A stretch of 64,000 nucleotides of DNA from an uncultured cyanobacterium (GCA_963749915.1 CAVVOP010000008.1:352001-416000), one strand, 5' to 3'. Positions 42,367-53,786 are shown, counted from the first letter of the stretch. Notes: generated by a model from the sequence alone, not told the origin. Program-made: numbers and translations.

Positions 42367-43401
42367 CTAATTATTAAAATTTAGGTAATTTTCGGTATAT
42401 ACTGTCAATAAACTATTATTGACAGTATAGTTACTCCAAAATTCAGGATTGCCCATTAAAATCAGTTGTGGAGAATCTTCTTTACCATAAGCTTTGATAG
42501 ATTGAATTTCTAGGGCAAATCCTCCCACTTCAAAACTAGGATTATAACCGCCGTCATATTCGAATTTACTCAGCATTAATTGTAGGGAATAGACTTTACT
42601 AAAATCAAATTTATCCGCATCTTTAAGAGTTTTCGCCCGAAAAACAGGGATTAAATCATCAAAAAGAATATCCATAGTTAGCCATTCATCCACCACCGTG
42701 TCAAAAGAATAACAGTAACTAACACCATCCCATTTCCCCTCACATCGAGTAATAAATTTATACCTTTTGCCGTCGCCTTTTACCTTTAATCTTATACCTT
42801 GATAACTAGATAAATCCCAAGGTTGAGTGAAATTTTTACTCCTAACAGAAGCAAAACCACCGTTATTATCTGTGGAAACAATACCTGTGAAAATAGCACA
42901 ATTATCGCTCAAAATTAAGTTACTGCTGCTAACGCCTCCCATTACCACATCATCTACCGCACCCCAAATATTCCGCAGATTTTGATTCGGGGTTTGAAAA
43001 TCAAATAAGATCATTTCCCCTTGTTGTAAATTTTGATTAACTAATTCTAGTAATCTGTTAATACCATTTTGTGGGAAAAAAATAATTTTATTAACTCTTT
43101 CTAAAAGCAATGAAGAAGGATTATCTATCTCTAAATTCAAGGGAATAATTTCTGTTATGGGGGAAGAAAAGGCCGTTGTCGGTGATGGACTAATAATTCT
43201 TAAGGGTAATTTTTTTTTCTGTAAATAATTAATCGTTTCTTGGGCTAAATTACTGCGATCATCGGTAATTAAAGTTAAATTTATCATGGAATCAATAGTA
43301 GTTTTATCGACATTTTCTGAGTTAAACAATTTTTGAAAACAAGAGGCAAAAGGGATCACATCAAAATAGGTTAAAGTTTTCCAAAGACGTTTTAATTCCA
43401 T
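42367..43401 (-). CDS. CIA30 family protein
   Basis: WGAVDDVVMGGVS, NNGGFASVR, GDGKRYK, LSKFEYDG. Confidence 0.88.
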   Translation of the reverse strand: MELKRLWKTLTYFDVIPFASCFQKLFNSENVDKTTIDSMINLTLITDDRSNLAQETINYLQKKKLPLRIISPSPTTAFSSPITEIIPLNLEIDNPSSLLLERVNKIIFFPQNGINRLLELVNQNLQQGEMILFDFQTPNQNLRNIWGAVDDVVMGGVSSSNLILSDNCAIFTGIVSTDNNGGFASVRSKNFTQPWDLSSYQGIRLKVKGDGKRYKFITRCEGKWDGVSYCYSFDTVVDEWLTMDILFDDLIPVFRAKTLKDADKFDFSKVYSLQLMLSKFEYDGGYNPSFEVGGFALEIQSIKAYGKEDSPQLILMGNPEFWSNYTVNNSLLTVYTENYLNFNN

Positions 43402-43405
43402 TATA

Positions 43406-46000
43406 TTAATTTTCCCTTGCTTCTAGTTTCGCTAAACGGCTTTGTAAGTCCTGATTTTCTTCCTTAAGTTTATCAATCGCCTGTTGTAAATCTTTGGAGG
43501 TTTTATCACGGCCCAATTTATCCCTTACTTGATTTATGGCTTCTTCCGCCCTGCGTTTAACTCTACCATCAGGGGTGGTATCCGCTAAATTGGTTAACAG
43601 AGCGATGGCTTTTGAGTCTTCTATCTGAGATAAACCCCCTATTAATGACATTTGAGTTAAAAAGAAGGTGTCTGTCACCATAGACTCGAATTTTTCGAAA
43701 ATTAGCGTTAATTTATCAGGTTTTTGACCTTTGGCGATGGCACCTAAGCAACGAATAGCCGTCAAACGTAGAGCTTGAGGAGTGCCTAATGAGGTATATT
43801 TAGCGATTATATCGGCGGCTTTTTCGCTAGTTTTCAGTTTGCTTAAGCCTTTAATGGCAGAGGATCTGATTGTTTCATTCCAACCGCTTTTTTCTGCTAA
43901 AATTCCCTCTAAAAGTCCGATAACTTCTTCTTGTTTAGCCTCTAAAGTGCCTGTTACTAATTTGCCTAACCCCTCAATGGCAGAGGATTCAACATAATAG
44001 CTGTCGTCACCGTTAATTGCTATATTTTTCAAGGCCTGATAACTAGCTGTGGTTTTATGGTGGGTTAAGGCTTCCACTATGGCACGTCTTACCCTGGCAT
44101 CATGATTGTTAATATGAGCAATTAAAGCTTGTGTAGCTTGATTTAGTTTAATTTTACCCAATTCTTTGGCTATTTCGACTTTTAAACCCCAAAACATCTC
44201 ATTTTCGAGGGCCTCTTTTAAAGCTTTTACTGCTTCTAAGTTACCTTTTTTACCCATGGCGATGGCCGCATATATTCGGGAAATAACATCAGGATCATGG
44301 GTTAACTGAGCCTTTAATTCACTAAATCCATATTCTAAGTCAACGGTTTTGAGATGATAATTACCAATATCAAAACTAATGAAATCCGGTTTTTCCCTTA
44401 AGAAGAAATAAAATACTTGTTCAGTTTGATTAACTTTAAGATAGAAAGTTTTAAATGCAGGTTTTTCATTATCTTTTATATAACCAAAACCAAGAGGTAC
44501 TTTTAAGTTAAATAAATCCTTTAATTTACCATTTTCTTCCTTCGCTTGGGTTTGTTTAACAGTCACACTAGCTAAGTTTGATTCACTATCCCAACTATAA
44601 TTAATTTTAAAATCAGGATGACCTCCTTTAAAGACGTACTGATCAAAAAGGGGACTTAAATTATGACCTGTGGATTTTTCGATCGCCCTTAATAAATCAA
44701 CAGTTTCCACCGTTTTATGGGCATTATCATTAACAAAAGTGTGGATAGCTTGATCAAACAATTCCTCCCCCAAAATGCCCCTAATCATGTGATAAACACA
44801 GGCACCTTTTTCGTATAAATGACGATCGTATAATTCAATAGCTTCTCTGTAAACGTTGGTAACTATCGGACGACGATAACGAGAAGAATCCTCCTGTAGG
44901 TAGTTACGAGCTTCTTTCAATAAGTAGTAAGCTCCATCATCACGGCTATATTCATGTTCAGTCCACAATACTTCAGCATAGGAAGCCGCACCTTCTTTAA
45001 TCCAAGCGTGACTCCAATGTTTTATTACCACTAAATCCCCGAACCATTGATGTGCTAATTCGTGGGCGACTAAACTCTCGGTATTTTGATTGTCAATAGC
45101 GGCTTTTTCGTCTAATAAACAGCGATCGGTTAATAAAGTCGTAGATGTGTTTTCCATGCCACCAAAGATAAAGTCATCGACACAAACCTGGGCATATTTG
45201 GAATAAGGATAAGGATAACCATATTTTTGACTGAAAAATTCGATCATTTTGGGGGTTTTACCCATGCTAATTTTAGCCTCATTTTCCTTTCCTTTTTCGA
45301 CATAATAATTAACGGGAATATCTTGGTATTTATCCTCAATTTCTACAAATTTACCCACAGCTAAAGTCATTAAATAGGTAGGGTGAACTTGGGGCTGTAG
45401 CCAATGATAAACTTTATTTTCTCCTAATTCTTCTATTTCAATGAGTTCACCATTAGAAACAGCAATATAATCTTTAGGCAGTTTTATTTTTATTTCTGAA
45501 GTTGCCAATTGTCCAGGATAATCGAAACAAGGAAACCAATATCTTGAGTCTTCATCTTCTCCTTGTGTCCAAACCTGGCTTGGTTTATTAGGGTAATATT
45601 CATCGGGTGCAATGAAATATAAGCCTCGTTGGGGTTTCTCTTTACTGTAGGCGATGGCAATTTTGAGGTCTTCTTCGGTGGTAGGGTGTAAAACATTAAT
45701 GGTAATAACTTCGCCGTCATACTCGAAAGGTTGACTAACACTGTCAATCAACACCGATTCAATGGTTAAATCAACGGCATCAAGACTTAATTGAGTAATA
45801 TTGTTTCTCACAGGAGTTAAAGTAATGGTACAAATGCCCGTAAAACTTTGGTTGGGAATATCTAACTCTAAATTAAGGAAAATATGTTGAACTTGTCCGT
45901 AACGATCAGGATTATAATGAGGTTTTGCACCGGGTAACTCAAAACTTTTTTTTTCTTCACCATCAAAATAATATTGCAAATGACTCATAATCTCAATCAA
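43406..46000 (-). CDS. pepN: M1 family aminopeptidase with C-terminal HEAT repeats
   Basis: GGMEN and HELAHQWFG...E zinc motif; HEAT-like C-terminus. Confidence 0.9.
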   Translation of the reverse strand: MIEIMSHLQYYFDGEEKKSFELPGAKPHYNPDRYGQVQHIFLNLELDIPNQSFTGICTITLTPVRNNITQLSLDAVDLTIESVLIDSVSQPFEYDGEVITINVLHPTTEEDLKIAIAYSKEKPQRGLYFIAPDEYYPNKPSQVWTQGEDEDSRYWFPCFDYPGQLATSEIKIKLPKDYIAVSNGELIEIEELGENKVYHWLQPQVHPTYLMTLAVGKFVEIEDKYQDIPVNYYVEKGKENEAKISMGKTPKMIEFFSQKYGYPYPYSKYAQVCVDDFIFGGMENTSTTLLTDRCLLDEKAAIDNQNTESLVAHELAHQWFGDLVVIKHWSHAWIKEGAASYAEVLWTEHEYSRDDGAYYLLKEARNYLQEDSSRYRRPIVTNVYREAIELYDRHLYEKGACVYHMIRGILGEELFDQAIHTFVNDNAHKTVETVDLLRAIEKSTGHNLSPLFDQYVFKGGHPDFKINYSWDSESNLASVTVKQTQAKEENGKLKDLFNLKVPLGFGYIKDNEKPAFKTFYLKVNQTEQVFYFFLREKPDFISFDIGNYHLKTVDLEYGFSELKAQLTHDPDVISRIYAAIAMGKKGNLEAVKALKEALENEMFWGLKVEIAKELGKIKLNQATQALIAHINNHDARVRRAIVEALTHHKTTASYQALKNIAINGDDSYYVESSAIEGLGKLVTGTLEAKQEEVIGLLEGILAEKSGWNETIRSSAIKGLSKLKTSEKAADIIAKYTSLGTPQALRLTAIRCLGAIAKGQKPDKLTLIFEKFESMVTDTFFLTQMSLIGGLSQIEDSKAIALLTNLADTTPDGRVKRRAEEAINQVRDKLGRDKTSKDLQQAIDKLKEENQDLQSRLAKLEAREN

Positions 46001-46162
46001 TAAACGGGGATTAACTATATTGAAGAATATGTTAACAAATTATTTTATGCTAAGCTTTCCCCTTGCGGAGGCCATGGGTAGTTCGCAAGCTAAAATCAAT
46101 AATATTTTAGTCTTATAAAAGATGATCTAAATCCATTTAAGTAAATTGGGGTGGTATTTTAA

Positions 46163-47491
46163 ATGTTACGATCAAGATTAGTACGAGAAGGGGCTGTCGG
46201 CTTATTTTTGTTATTAGGATTAATGGTATTTGGGGGAATGATATTTTTCCTGAGAGGACAGAAGTTTCAAAATACTAGTTATCAATTAAAACTACTATTT
46301 GAAAATGCTGGAGGATTGAGAGAAGGAGGTAGAGTTTTTTTTCGTGGTGTCGGCGTCGGTAGAATTGTCAAGATTAGTCCAGGCAGTAATGGGGTAGAAA
46401 TTCTCGCTGAAATTGACGGACAATTGCGCATTCCTTCCGGGGTTAAAGTTTCGACTTTACGCTCCGGATTATTAGGAGATGTTAGTGTTGATATTGCCCC
46501 TAAAAATGACCTTACCGATGAGGGGAAACAAATTAATCCTTTAAGTAAAGATTGTCCCCAACAAAATTTAATTTTATGTAATCAGGAAAGTATTAAGGCA
46601 CAGGCTAGTCCTGATTTCGTCGAAACTTTGGGTCGTTTAGCCGATCGTTTTAACGATGATAAACTATTTAACAATGTTAATTCTGCCGTTGTCAGTATGA
46701 GCAGTGCCGGTCAAAAAGTATCGAAATTAACAGATAATCTCTCTGAGTTGACCACACAGGTAAAACAAGATCTTGGTAAAGTTTCCACGGCAGCGGAAAA
46801 AATAGGTAATTCCTCTGATGCTGTCAGTACTACGGCGAAGTCCTTTGCCCGTACTGCTGATGTTACTACCAAACGAGTTGAAAGTTTGGCCGATGATTAT
46901 AGTGCTATTCCCACTCAAATCACTTCTCTGACAGAGAATATGAATATGTTAATCAATGAAAATAAATCGAACCTCAGCACGGGGATCTCCAGTTTAAGCC
47001 AAGCCGCCCAGGAAATTAGTCAACTAGCAAAAAATACTGATCAATTAGTCACCAAAGTTAATCCCACAGATGTAGCCAAAATCTCGAAAAACTTTGAAAC
47101 CAGCAGTCAAAATCTGACACAAATTAGTAAAAACTTGTTAGCTATTTCCGAAGAATTAAATAATCCGACGAACCTCGTCACCCTACAACAAACCTTAGAT
47201 TCCGCTAGAGTTACCTTTGCCAATACTGCCAAGATTACTTCCGAAATTGAGGAATTTACGGGCGATCCCGAATTTAGACGTAATTTAAAAAGATTGGTGA
47301 ACGGATTAAGTAATTTAGTTGCTTATACTGACTTATTAGAAAAACAAGTGGAATTAGCCACATTATTAGAAGAAGTCGATAAAGTTACTGCCGAAAATTC
47401 CCCCACTGTATCCCCGCCAAAAACCGTAAAGTTAGATATTACAAAAAAACAATTTCCCGCCGCAATCTATATTGATCCTGATCAAGATTAA
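46163..47491 (+). CDS. MlaD/MCE family protein
   Basis: N-terminal TM, AGGL..G..V.FRGV.VG MCE motif, long coiled coil. Confidence 0.88.
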   Translation: MLRSRLVREGAVGLFLLLGLMVFGGMIFFLRGQKFQNTSYQLKLLFENAGGLREGGRVFFRGVGVGRIVKISPGSNGVEILAEIDGQLRIPSGVKVSTLRSGLLGDVSVDIAPKNDLTDEGKQINPLSKDCPQQNLILCNQESIKAQASPDFVETLGRLADRFNDDKLFNNVNSAVVSMSSAGQKVSKLTDNLSELTTQVKQDLGKVSTAAEKIGNSSDAVSTTAKSFARTADVTTKRVESLADDYSAIPTQITSLTENMNMLINENKSNLSTGISSLSQAAQEISQLAKNTDQLVTKVNPTDVAKISKNFETSSQNLTQISKNLLAISEELNNPTNLVTLQQTLDSARVTFANTAKITSEIEEFTGDPEFRRNLKRLVNGLSNLVAYTDLLEKQVELATLLEEVDKVTAENSPTVSPPKTVKLDITKKQFPAAIYIDPDQD

Positions 47492-47644
47492 GATATAAAT
47501 ATAAATATTTTGGTGAGGGTGAGACAAAGAAGTTTAGAGGACAGGGATTTGAGGGACTTTTTTAAAAATTTAGTTTTAGAAAGTGACAGATTAAGTTAAT
47601 CTTTTTTAGGGAATGAAAAATTAACATTTATAAATGGAAAAATT

Positions 47645-48094
47645 ATGGAACGTACTTTCTTAATGGTTAAACCTGATGGTGTGCAACGTAACCTAGTAGG
47701 TGAAGTGATCAAACGTCTAGAAAACAAAGGTTTTACCCTCGTTGGTTTAAAATTAATGTCCGTTTCTCGTGAATTAGCCGAGCAACATTATGACGTACAT
47801 AGGGAAAGACCATTTTTCGCAGGCTTAGTGGATTTTATCATTTCTTCTCCCGTAGTAGCTATGGTTTGGGAAGGAGAAGGGGTTGTCACTTCTGCCCGTA
47901 AAATCATCGGTGCAACGGATCCTTTAGCGGCAGAACCCGGTACTATTAGAGGAGATTTTGGTGTTAGTATTGGACGTAATCTTATTCATGGTTCCGATGC
48001 TATTGAAACTGCTCAAAGAGAGATTGCTTTATGGTTTAAAGAAGATGACCTTGTTTCTTGGGAAAATATCATCAAGCCTTGGTTATTGGAATAA
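47645..48094 (+). CDS. ndk: Nucleoside diphosphate kinase
   Basis: [27 protein letters not shown]. Confidence 0.97.
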   Translation: MERTFLMVKPDGVQRNLVGEVIKRLENKGFTLVGLKLMSVSRELAEQHYDVHRERPFFAGLVDFIISSPVVAMVWEGEGVVTSARKIIGATDPLAAEPGTIRGDFGVSIGRNLIHGSDAIETAQREIALWFKEDDLVSWENIIKPWLLE

Positions 48095-48146
48095 TTAGCC
48101 ATTGGAAATTAAGAAAAATATAGGGGTGGGTTTTTCTCGCCCTGGC

Positions 48147-48441
48147 CTGGTTCTAACGGATTTTGTGGTCATTAGAAATCAAGGGCGATCGCCGACACTG
48201 CAATACTTTCACGGCACGAAAGAATCAGCTCGACTCTATGTACCCTCGATGGCACTGGTGTGGAATTTTCATCCCTATTCTTCAAGAACTTGCTCATCAG
48301 ACTCTGAGCGGATTTCACCCTTTAAAGACCTCAATGGATTTCAATACCATCACAACTGGCTGCACAATTTGCTAATTGCCAGTTCGATGAATGGTCGAAG
48401 ACCCCTAAAAACTGGTTGACCACAAAATCCGTTAGAACCAG
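48147..48441 (+). mobile_element. 295-bp MITE-like element, copy 1
   Basis: 25-bp terminal inverted repeat ctggttctaacggattttgtggtca; second copy inverted at 54901. Confidence 0.88.
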
Positions 48442-48715
48442 AATCGAAAACTAATAGTACCACGAAGGAAGTTCTGGAAGTCTTACGAGGATGCTGGAAG
48501 CATACATCTGTATCCGTAGAATCAGTGTAGGTAGTTCACCATGTTGACTGTAATGGAGATATAATTTATTTATGTTCATTTGTCTCCCAAATATGTTTCT
48601 TAAGGGTATTACCCATTGTTAATAAATCCTTGTCAATGTATGATAATACCATGGTCGCAGTTTTTGAGTTTTATTCTACATGTAAAGAGGATATCCAATA
48701 TTCTCAACACCATTC

Positions 48716-49519
48716 ATGATACATAGGCACATTAGTCCAGATAGCGCACTCGGTTTAGTTTCTACACTCAGTTTTCCTGCCATTGTTGGTACTGCTGACA
48801 TGATGCTCAAGTCAGCGGAAGTGTTGCTAGTGGGTTACGAGAAAATTGGTGCTGGTCATTGTACTGCAATTGTGAGAGGAAAGATCGCTGATGTGCGCTT
48901 GGCGGTGGAAGAAGGTGCAAAAATGGCGGAACAAATAGGACAATTGCACACTAAATTAGTGATTGCACGTCCCATGCCTAACTTAGAGGCAATATTTCCC
49001 ATTGGTAGCCGTTTAGTAGAAATAGCCCAACAGAAAAGAGGCTATAGTAAATTAAGTAATAGATCCATAGGTTTAATAGAAACTAGAGGATTTCCGGCCA
49101 TGGTCGGTGCGGCGGATGCGATGTTAAAATCTGCAGATGTACAATTGGCCTCCTATGAAACCATCGGTGCGGGTTTATGTACCGCTATAATTCGAGGTTC
49201 AGTTGCCAATGTAGCGGTGGCAATTGAGGCAGGAATGGCAGAAGCAGAAAGAATTGGGCAATTAAATGCAGTGATGATTATTCCTCGTTTGCTGGAAGAT
49301 TTAGAACACACTTTGCCTGTGGCTAGTTACTGGTTAGATGAACAATCGAAACAACCGTTACCGATATTTACAACTCAACAACGCCGTAAATTAATTGCCT
49401 TACCGGAATTAGAAAAAGTACCTTTAACTTTTGAGACGAGAGAAAAAGTACAACAAAAGGCAGAATTAGAATCGACATTAGAATTACCGGAACAAATCGA
49501 AATAGACGAAAGTGAGTAG
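48716..49519 (+). CDS. ccmO: Tandem BMC-domain carboxysome shell protein
   Basis: Two BMC domains (ADMMLKSA / ADAMLKSA, IG.G.CTAI.RG). Confidence 0.85.
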   Translation: MIHRHISPDSALGLVSTLSFPAIVGTADMMLKSAEVLLVGYEKIGAGHCTAIVRGKIADVRLAVEEGAKMAEQIGQLHTKLVIARPMPNLEAIFPIGSRLVEIAQQKRGYSKLSNRSIGLIETRGFPAMVGAADAMLKSADVQLASYETIGAGLCTAIIRGSVANVAVAIEAGMAEAERIGQLNAVMIIPRLLEDLEHTLPVASYWLDEQSKQPLPIFTTQQRRKLIALPELEKVPLTFETREKVQQKAELESTLELPEQIEIDESE

Positions 49520-49643
49520 TCATGAAAAATTGGCAAGAGACATTCCCAAAAACTTAAAACTTATTTATAATAAGCATTTTAGCTATTTCTGTTCAAGGAA
49601 AGACAATTATTAATTATTTATTCTTCATCATTTATTATTCATC

Positions 49644-51110
49644 ATGTTTTTAAAATCCATCGCCAATAAATGGCAACCTATAATCAAAGAATTAGAAGCA
49701 ATTTTAGGTAAAAATGCTGTAGTTAAACGTAAAGACGAACTTTTGACCTACGAATGCGATGGTTTAACTCAATATCGTCAACGTCCTCTATTAGTAACCT
49801 TGCCGAAAACTACCGAAGAAGTGGCAGAAATTGTGAGAATCTGTAATAAACACGAAATTAAATGGGTTGCTAGAGGGGCGGGTACAGGTTTATCAGGGGG
49901 TGCGTTACCTGTGGAAGACTGTCTTTTAATAGTTACTGCCAGAATGCGTCAAATTTTGGATATTGACTATGAAAATCAGAGAATAGTAGTGCAACCCGGC
50001 ATTATTAACAATTGGGTGACACAAGCCGTTAGTGGTGCCGGGTTTTATTATGCACCTGATCCCTCTAGTCAGATAATATGCTCTATTGGCGGTAACGTGG
50101 CGGAAAATTCTGGAGGTGTACACTGTCTTAAATATGGGACAACGACTAATCACGTTTTAGGCTTAACTATCGTCACCGCTGAGGGGGATATATTAAAAAT
50201 AGGCGGTAAAGTGCCAGAAATGCCTGGATTTGACCTTACAGGTTTATTTGTAGGCTCTGAGGGGACTTTAGGCATCGCTACAGAGATAACCTTAAAAATC
50301 CTCAAAACCCCCGATTCTATCTGTGTTGTCTTAGCAGATTTTAACAGTATTGAGGAGGCAGGCAGTGCTGTTGCCGAGATTATTCGGGCGGGTATTATTC
50401 CTGCGGGGATGGAAATAATGGACAATTTGAGTATCAACGCCGTGGAAGATGTGGTGGCTACCCATTGTTATCCTCGAGATGCCCAAGGCATTTTATTAGT
50501 AGAATTGGACGGTTTACAGGTAGAAGTGAAAACCAACAAGAAAAAAGTTGATGCCATTTGTCGGGATTGTGGTGCTAGAAGCGTTACCTCTGCCAATGAT
50601 GCACCTACTCGCTTAAAACTGTGGAAGGGTAGAAAGGCGGCCTTTGCGGCCATGGGAAGGATTAGCCCTGATTATTTTGTCCAAGATGGGGTTGTGCCTC
50701 GCTCAAAATTATCCCAGGTTTTAGCAGAAATCAATGCTTTAGGGGAACAATATGGCTATCATATCGCCAACGTTTTTCATGCTGGGGATGGTAACTTACA
50801 CCCTCTGATTTTATATGATAATGCCATCGAGGGTTCATTTGAGAAGGTGGAAGAATTAGGAGGCGAAATCTTGAAACTATGCGTGAAAGTAGGCGGTAGT
50901 ATCTCCGGTGAACATGGTATCGGTAGCGATAAAAAATGCTACATGGCGGATATGTTTACGGAAACAGATTTAGAAACTATGCAATATGTAAGGAGTAGTT
51001 TCAATCCCAAGGGTTTGGCAAATCCCGACAAAATTTTTCCAACTCCGCGTACCTGTGGAGAGGCAGCAAATGCAAAACAAATTGAATATAAAGGTGCACA
51101 GGCATTTTAA
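49644..51110 (+). CDS. glcD: Glycolate oxidase/dehydrogenase FAD subunit
   Basis: RGAGTGLSGGA, PDPSS, HCLKYG, HAGDGNLH, SGEHGIG. Confidence 0.92.
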   Translation: MFLKSIANKWQPIIKELEAILGKNAVVKRKDELLTYECDGLTQYRQRPLLVTLPKTTEEVAEIVRICNKHEIKWVARGAGTGLSGGALPVEDCLLIVTARMRQILDIDYENQRIVVQPGIINNWVTQAVSGAGFYYAPDPSSQIICSIGGNVAENSGGVHCLKYGTTTNHVLGLTIVTAEGDILKIGGKVPEMPGFDLTGLFVGSEGTLGIATEITLKILKTPDSICVVLADFNSIEEAGSAVAEIIRAGIIPAGMEIMDNLSINAVEDVVATHCYPRDAQGILLVELDGLQVEVKTNKKKVDAICRDCGARSVTSANDAPTRLKLWKGRKAAFAAMGRISPDYFVQDGVVPRSKLSQVLAEINALGEQYGYHIANVFHAGDGNLHPLILYDNAIEGSFEKVEELGGEILKLCVKVGGSISGEHGIGSDKKCYMADMFTETDLETMQYVRSSFNPKGLANPDKIFPTPRTCGEAANAKQIEYKGAQAF

Positions 51111-51306
51111 ACCAGATCAAGAGGACAGATTTTTTCTCAAAACTTATTTTTCTTGCCATCTAAGGTCTCAAATAGAGTAAAAAACAACAAATAAACTACT
51201 CTCCAACTTTAATTGACCGAGAGTTTGTTCATAAACCCTCACCGATTTTTGGTCAAAAACCGATTACTTTGGGACATAAATATTCAGTTTTAACTTATTT
51301 AACTCC

Positions 51307-51860
51307 TGACTTTTCACGGTATCTTTTCCCTGAGAAAGGGTTTGGGTGTTAGGGGTTGGGTGATAGGGAAAATTCAGTTTTTGTTTTCGAGGGCACGAAT
51401 CAATGCTGATAATAATCTTCCGAGGGATTCACATCTATTTAAAAGAGAATCAATGACTTTCCCCTCTCCTAACTTTACCCTTTTCGACAATAAAAGATGA
51501 GTTTCTAATTCTTTAAGAGAGCCTTGTGCTATGTATAAAAACTGTATATATTCTTTTCGGGTTTTTCGACCATGCCCCTCAGCGACATTGGCGGGAATAG
51601 AGGCTGATGCTCGACGAATCTGAGAAATTAACCCGTAAAGTTCTTCTTTGGGGAAATTGCGAGTAACTAAGTAGCATTCTTCTGCTAAATCCATGCCTGT
51701 TTGCCAAACCTTTAAGTCTCTATAGGATTGTATTCCCATCAGTTTCTAAGTGTTTTTTTTGACTGTTCAACTATTAAAGCTTATCCTCAATCCCTAATCC
51801 TAACACCCAACCCCTAACACCTAACACCTGTCAACCGAAAAAGATGCCGTGAAAAGTTAG
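51307..51860. mobile_element. Cassette with ~60-bp imperfect inverted arms enclosing a four-helix-bundle gene
   Basis: acttttcacggtatctttt vs aaaagatgccgtgaaaagt (18/19 complementary); inner ggtgttaggggttgggtg vs cacccaacccctaacacc. Confidence 0.65.
51374..51739 (-). CDS. Four-helix-bundle (23S rRNA IVP-like) protein
   Basis: SYRDLKVWQ, FPKEE.YGL.SQIRRA..SIPAN.AEG, FL.IA.GSL.ELET. Confidence 0.9.
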   Translation of the reverse strand: MGIQSYRDLKVWQTGMDLAEECYLVTRNFPKEELYGLISQIRRASASIPANVAEGHGRKTRKEYIQFLYIAQGSLKELETHLLLSKRVKLGEGKVIDSLLNRCESLGRLLSALIRALENKN

Positions 51861-51882
51861 ATTTAACTCATGATGAAAAAAT

Positions 51883-52200
51883 TCAACATAATTGGTCAAT
51901 TGGCACTTCTTCACCTTCACCCAAAGTCCAGGCAATTAGATAAGCTTCTTTTTCACCATCGATAATTTTGCTTCGACGATTCTTTTGCTCTCTTCTAGTT
52001 AAAGCTGATTCAATCCCTGATTCGACAAATCTTTGCCGCACTCTCTCAATTGTTGCTTGACTAACATTTAAGGCTTCACTGATTTTTAGATCTGTCCAAC
52101 CGCCTTCTGGTTGATTGACATCTGCTAACAATAGTATTCTGGCATGCTTCATTTTGGAAGCTGCTATTTTTCCTTTCTTAGTTAACTGTTCAAGTTCAGC
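51883..52200 (-). pseudogene. IS630-family transposase N-terminal (HTH) fragment
   Basis: ARILLLAD...GWTD..I..AL.VS..TIERVR.RF; truncated. Confidence 0.8.
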
Positions 52201-52276
52201 TCTTTTGTGTGATTGATAATTACTAATGGCTTATTCTATATTATTGTTATGTTAAGTTTATTGAAAATCATTACTG

Positions 52277-53323
52277 ATGGGACAGTTAGACGTTAAACCG
52301 AATATACGCACCTGCGGCATAAACCTTAATCACTGGTATGTGGTAGCTAGTAGCGATGAACTGAAAAATAAGCCTCTTGGATTTACTTTATGGCATAGAA
52401 CTATTGTAGTTTTCCGTAATGACAACGGAGAAATTCGGGCTTTAGAAGATCGCTGTCCCCATCGTCAGGTAAAATTAAGTGATGGTCAAGTGAGGGGTAA
52501 TGATTTAGAATGCGCTTATCATGGTTGGCGTTTTGATGGCAATGGTAAATGCTCTTTTGTCCCTTACTTAACTCAGAAGCAAAAGTTACCTAATTGTCAG
52601 TTGAGGCGTTACCCGGTTAAAGAATTTGATGGTTTTATATGGCTATTTCCAGGAGATGGTGATAGCGAAAAGACTAAACCGATGGGGTTGCCAGAATGGA
52701 AACATTTAAACTATATTGGTAGCATGACGACCATTGATTGTCCGGGGCATTTTTCTTTCCTCATCGAAAATTTAATGGATATGTATCATGGGCATTTACA
52801 CGATAATTATCAAGCATGGGCCGAGGCTTCTCTACAGAAAATTACAATAAACGATCATCGAGTAGACGTTTTGTATGAAGCTCAAAGTTACTACAACATC
52901 GACAAAATTTGGTCAATTTCTCAGTTATTTTTTCCTGCATTACGCCGTTTACATCCCGAACCTTTAACAGTAAGTTATGTTTACCCTCACTGGAGTTCCA
53001 CTTTAGGTAAGGATTTTAAAATTTACTGTCTTTTTTGCCCCATCAATGAAACCACAACCAAGGCTTATTTGGTACACTTTACATCTTTAGAGGCTTTTTG
53101 GCGTTTACATAAGTTACCTGTTACTTTTCGTCGTTTCGTGAAAAATAGTCTTTTTGGCACTGCTAAAGGATTATTAGATGGTTTAGTGCGCCAAGATGTG
53201 GCTATGATAAAACAAGAACAAGAGGCTTTTTCAGCTAATCCTTTTCATCGTACTTATGAACTAAATCCGGCGATCGCCAAAGTGCAAGAATTAATTTTCC
53301 ATGAAGCCACCATAAATAGTTAA
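52277..53323 (+). CDS. Rieske 2Fe-2S oxygenase alpha subunit
   Basis: DRCPHR and ECAYHGWRF Rieske motif; EN.MD.YH..LH mononuclear iron motif. Confidence 0.9.
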   Translation: MGQLDVKPNIRTCGINLNHWYVVASSDELKNKPLGFTLWHRTIVVFRNDNGEIRALEDRCPHRQVKLSDGQVRGNDLECAYHGWRFDGNGKCSFVPYLTQKQKLPNCQLRRYPVKEFDGFIWLFPGDGDSEKTKPMGLPEWKHLNYIGSMTTIDCPGHFSFLIENLMDMYHGHLHDNYQAWAEASLQKITINDHRVDVLYEAQSYYNIDKIWSISQLFFPALRRLHPEPLTVSYVYPHWSSTLGKDFKIYCLFCPINETTTKAYLVHFTSLEAFWRLHKLPVTFRRFVKNSLFGTAKGLLDGLVRQDVAMIKQEQEAFSANPFHRTYELNPAIAKVQELIFHEATINS

Positions 53324-53357
53324 TTGATCCAAAAATTATGACTCTTCCAGAATTAGC

Positions 53358-53549
53358 TAGGAAGTAGAAAAAATACTGAGGCAACTGAGTACAGTTTCCA
53401 AATAGCGATTATCCCAACCTGCCTTAAGCCGTTTGTTCTCTATGCCAACCTTCGTTTTCTTTTCTTGGGACAGAAGATTCACTACCATATGGCGAATGAC
53501 AGCCATATTTTCTGCACTATATCCCTGACATCCTCTTCGAGCATCTTGC
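53358..53549 (-). pseudogene. ISAs1-family transposase C-terminal fragment
   Basis: Minus strand reads DARRGCQGYSAENMAVIRHMVVNLL..EK..KVGI.NKRLKAGWDN.YL. Confidence 0.8.
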
Positions 53550-53786
53550 TATCGGGTCTTTAATTTGGCTGAAGTGGTACTCAATTAATGCTGTTGGTGA
53601 TGAAGGAGTGGCTGTTTAGTCCCCACTCATGACCGCCAAAAAGATCCCGTGAAAACTAAGGCTAAGGTTGGGGTCAGAAAAACTTAATGAATCGAGGTGC
53701 CCTTTAATTATATTGTTACTTATACTCCAAAAAACAGATTAATTTTAATTCAGAATTGACCGAAATAAATTAGCAAGTCAAAAAGT

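Noticed and set aside
48102..48419. ORFs at 48102/48163 and 54923/54967 as independent genes
   Set aside because: They lie within the 295-bp repeat and lack their own credible starts; treated as element-internal remnants.
48716..51110. ccmO-glcD as a novel glycolate microcompartment
   Set aside because: The protein matches the CcmO pattern, and no other shell, pentamer or signature-enzyme genes are nearby; adjacency alone is insufficient.
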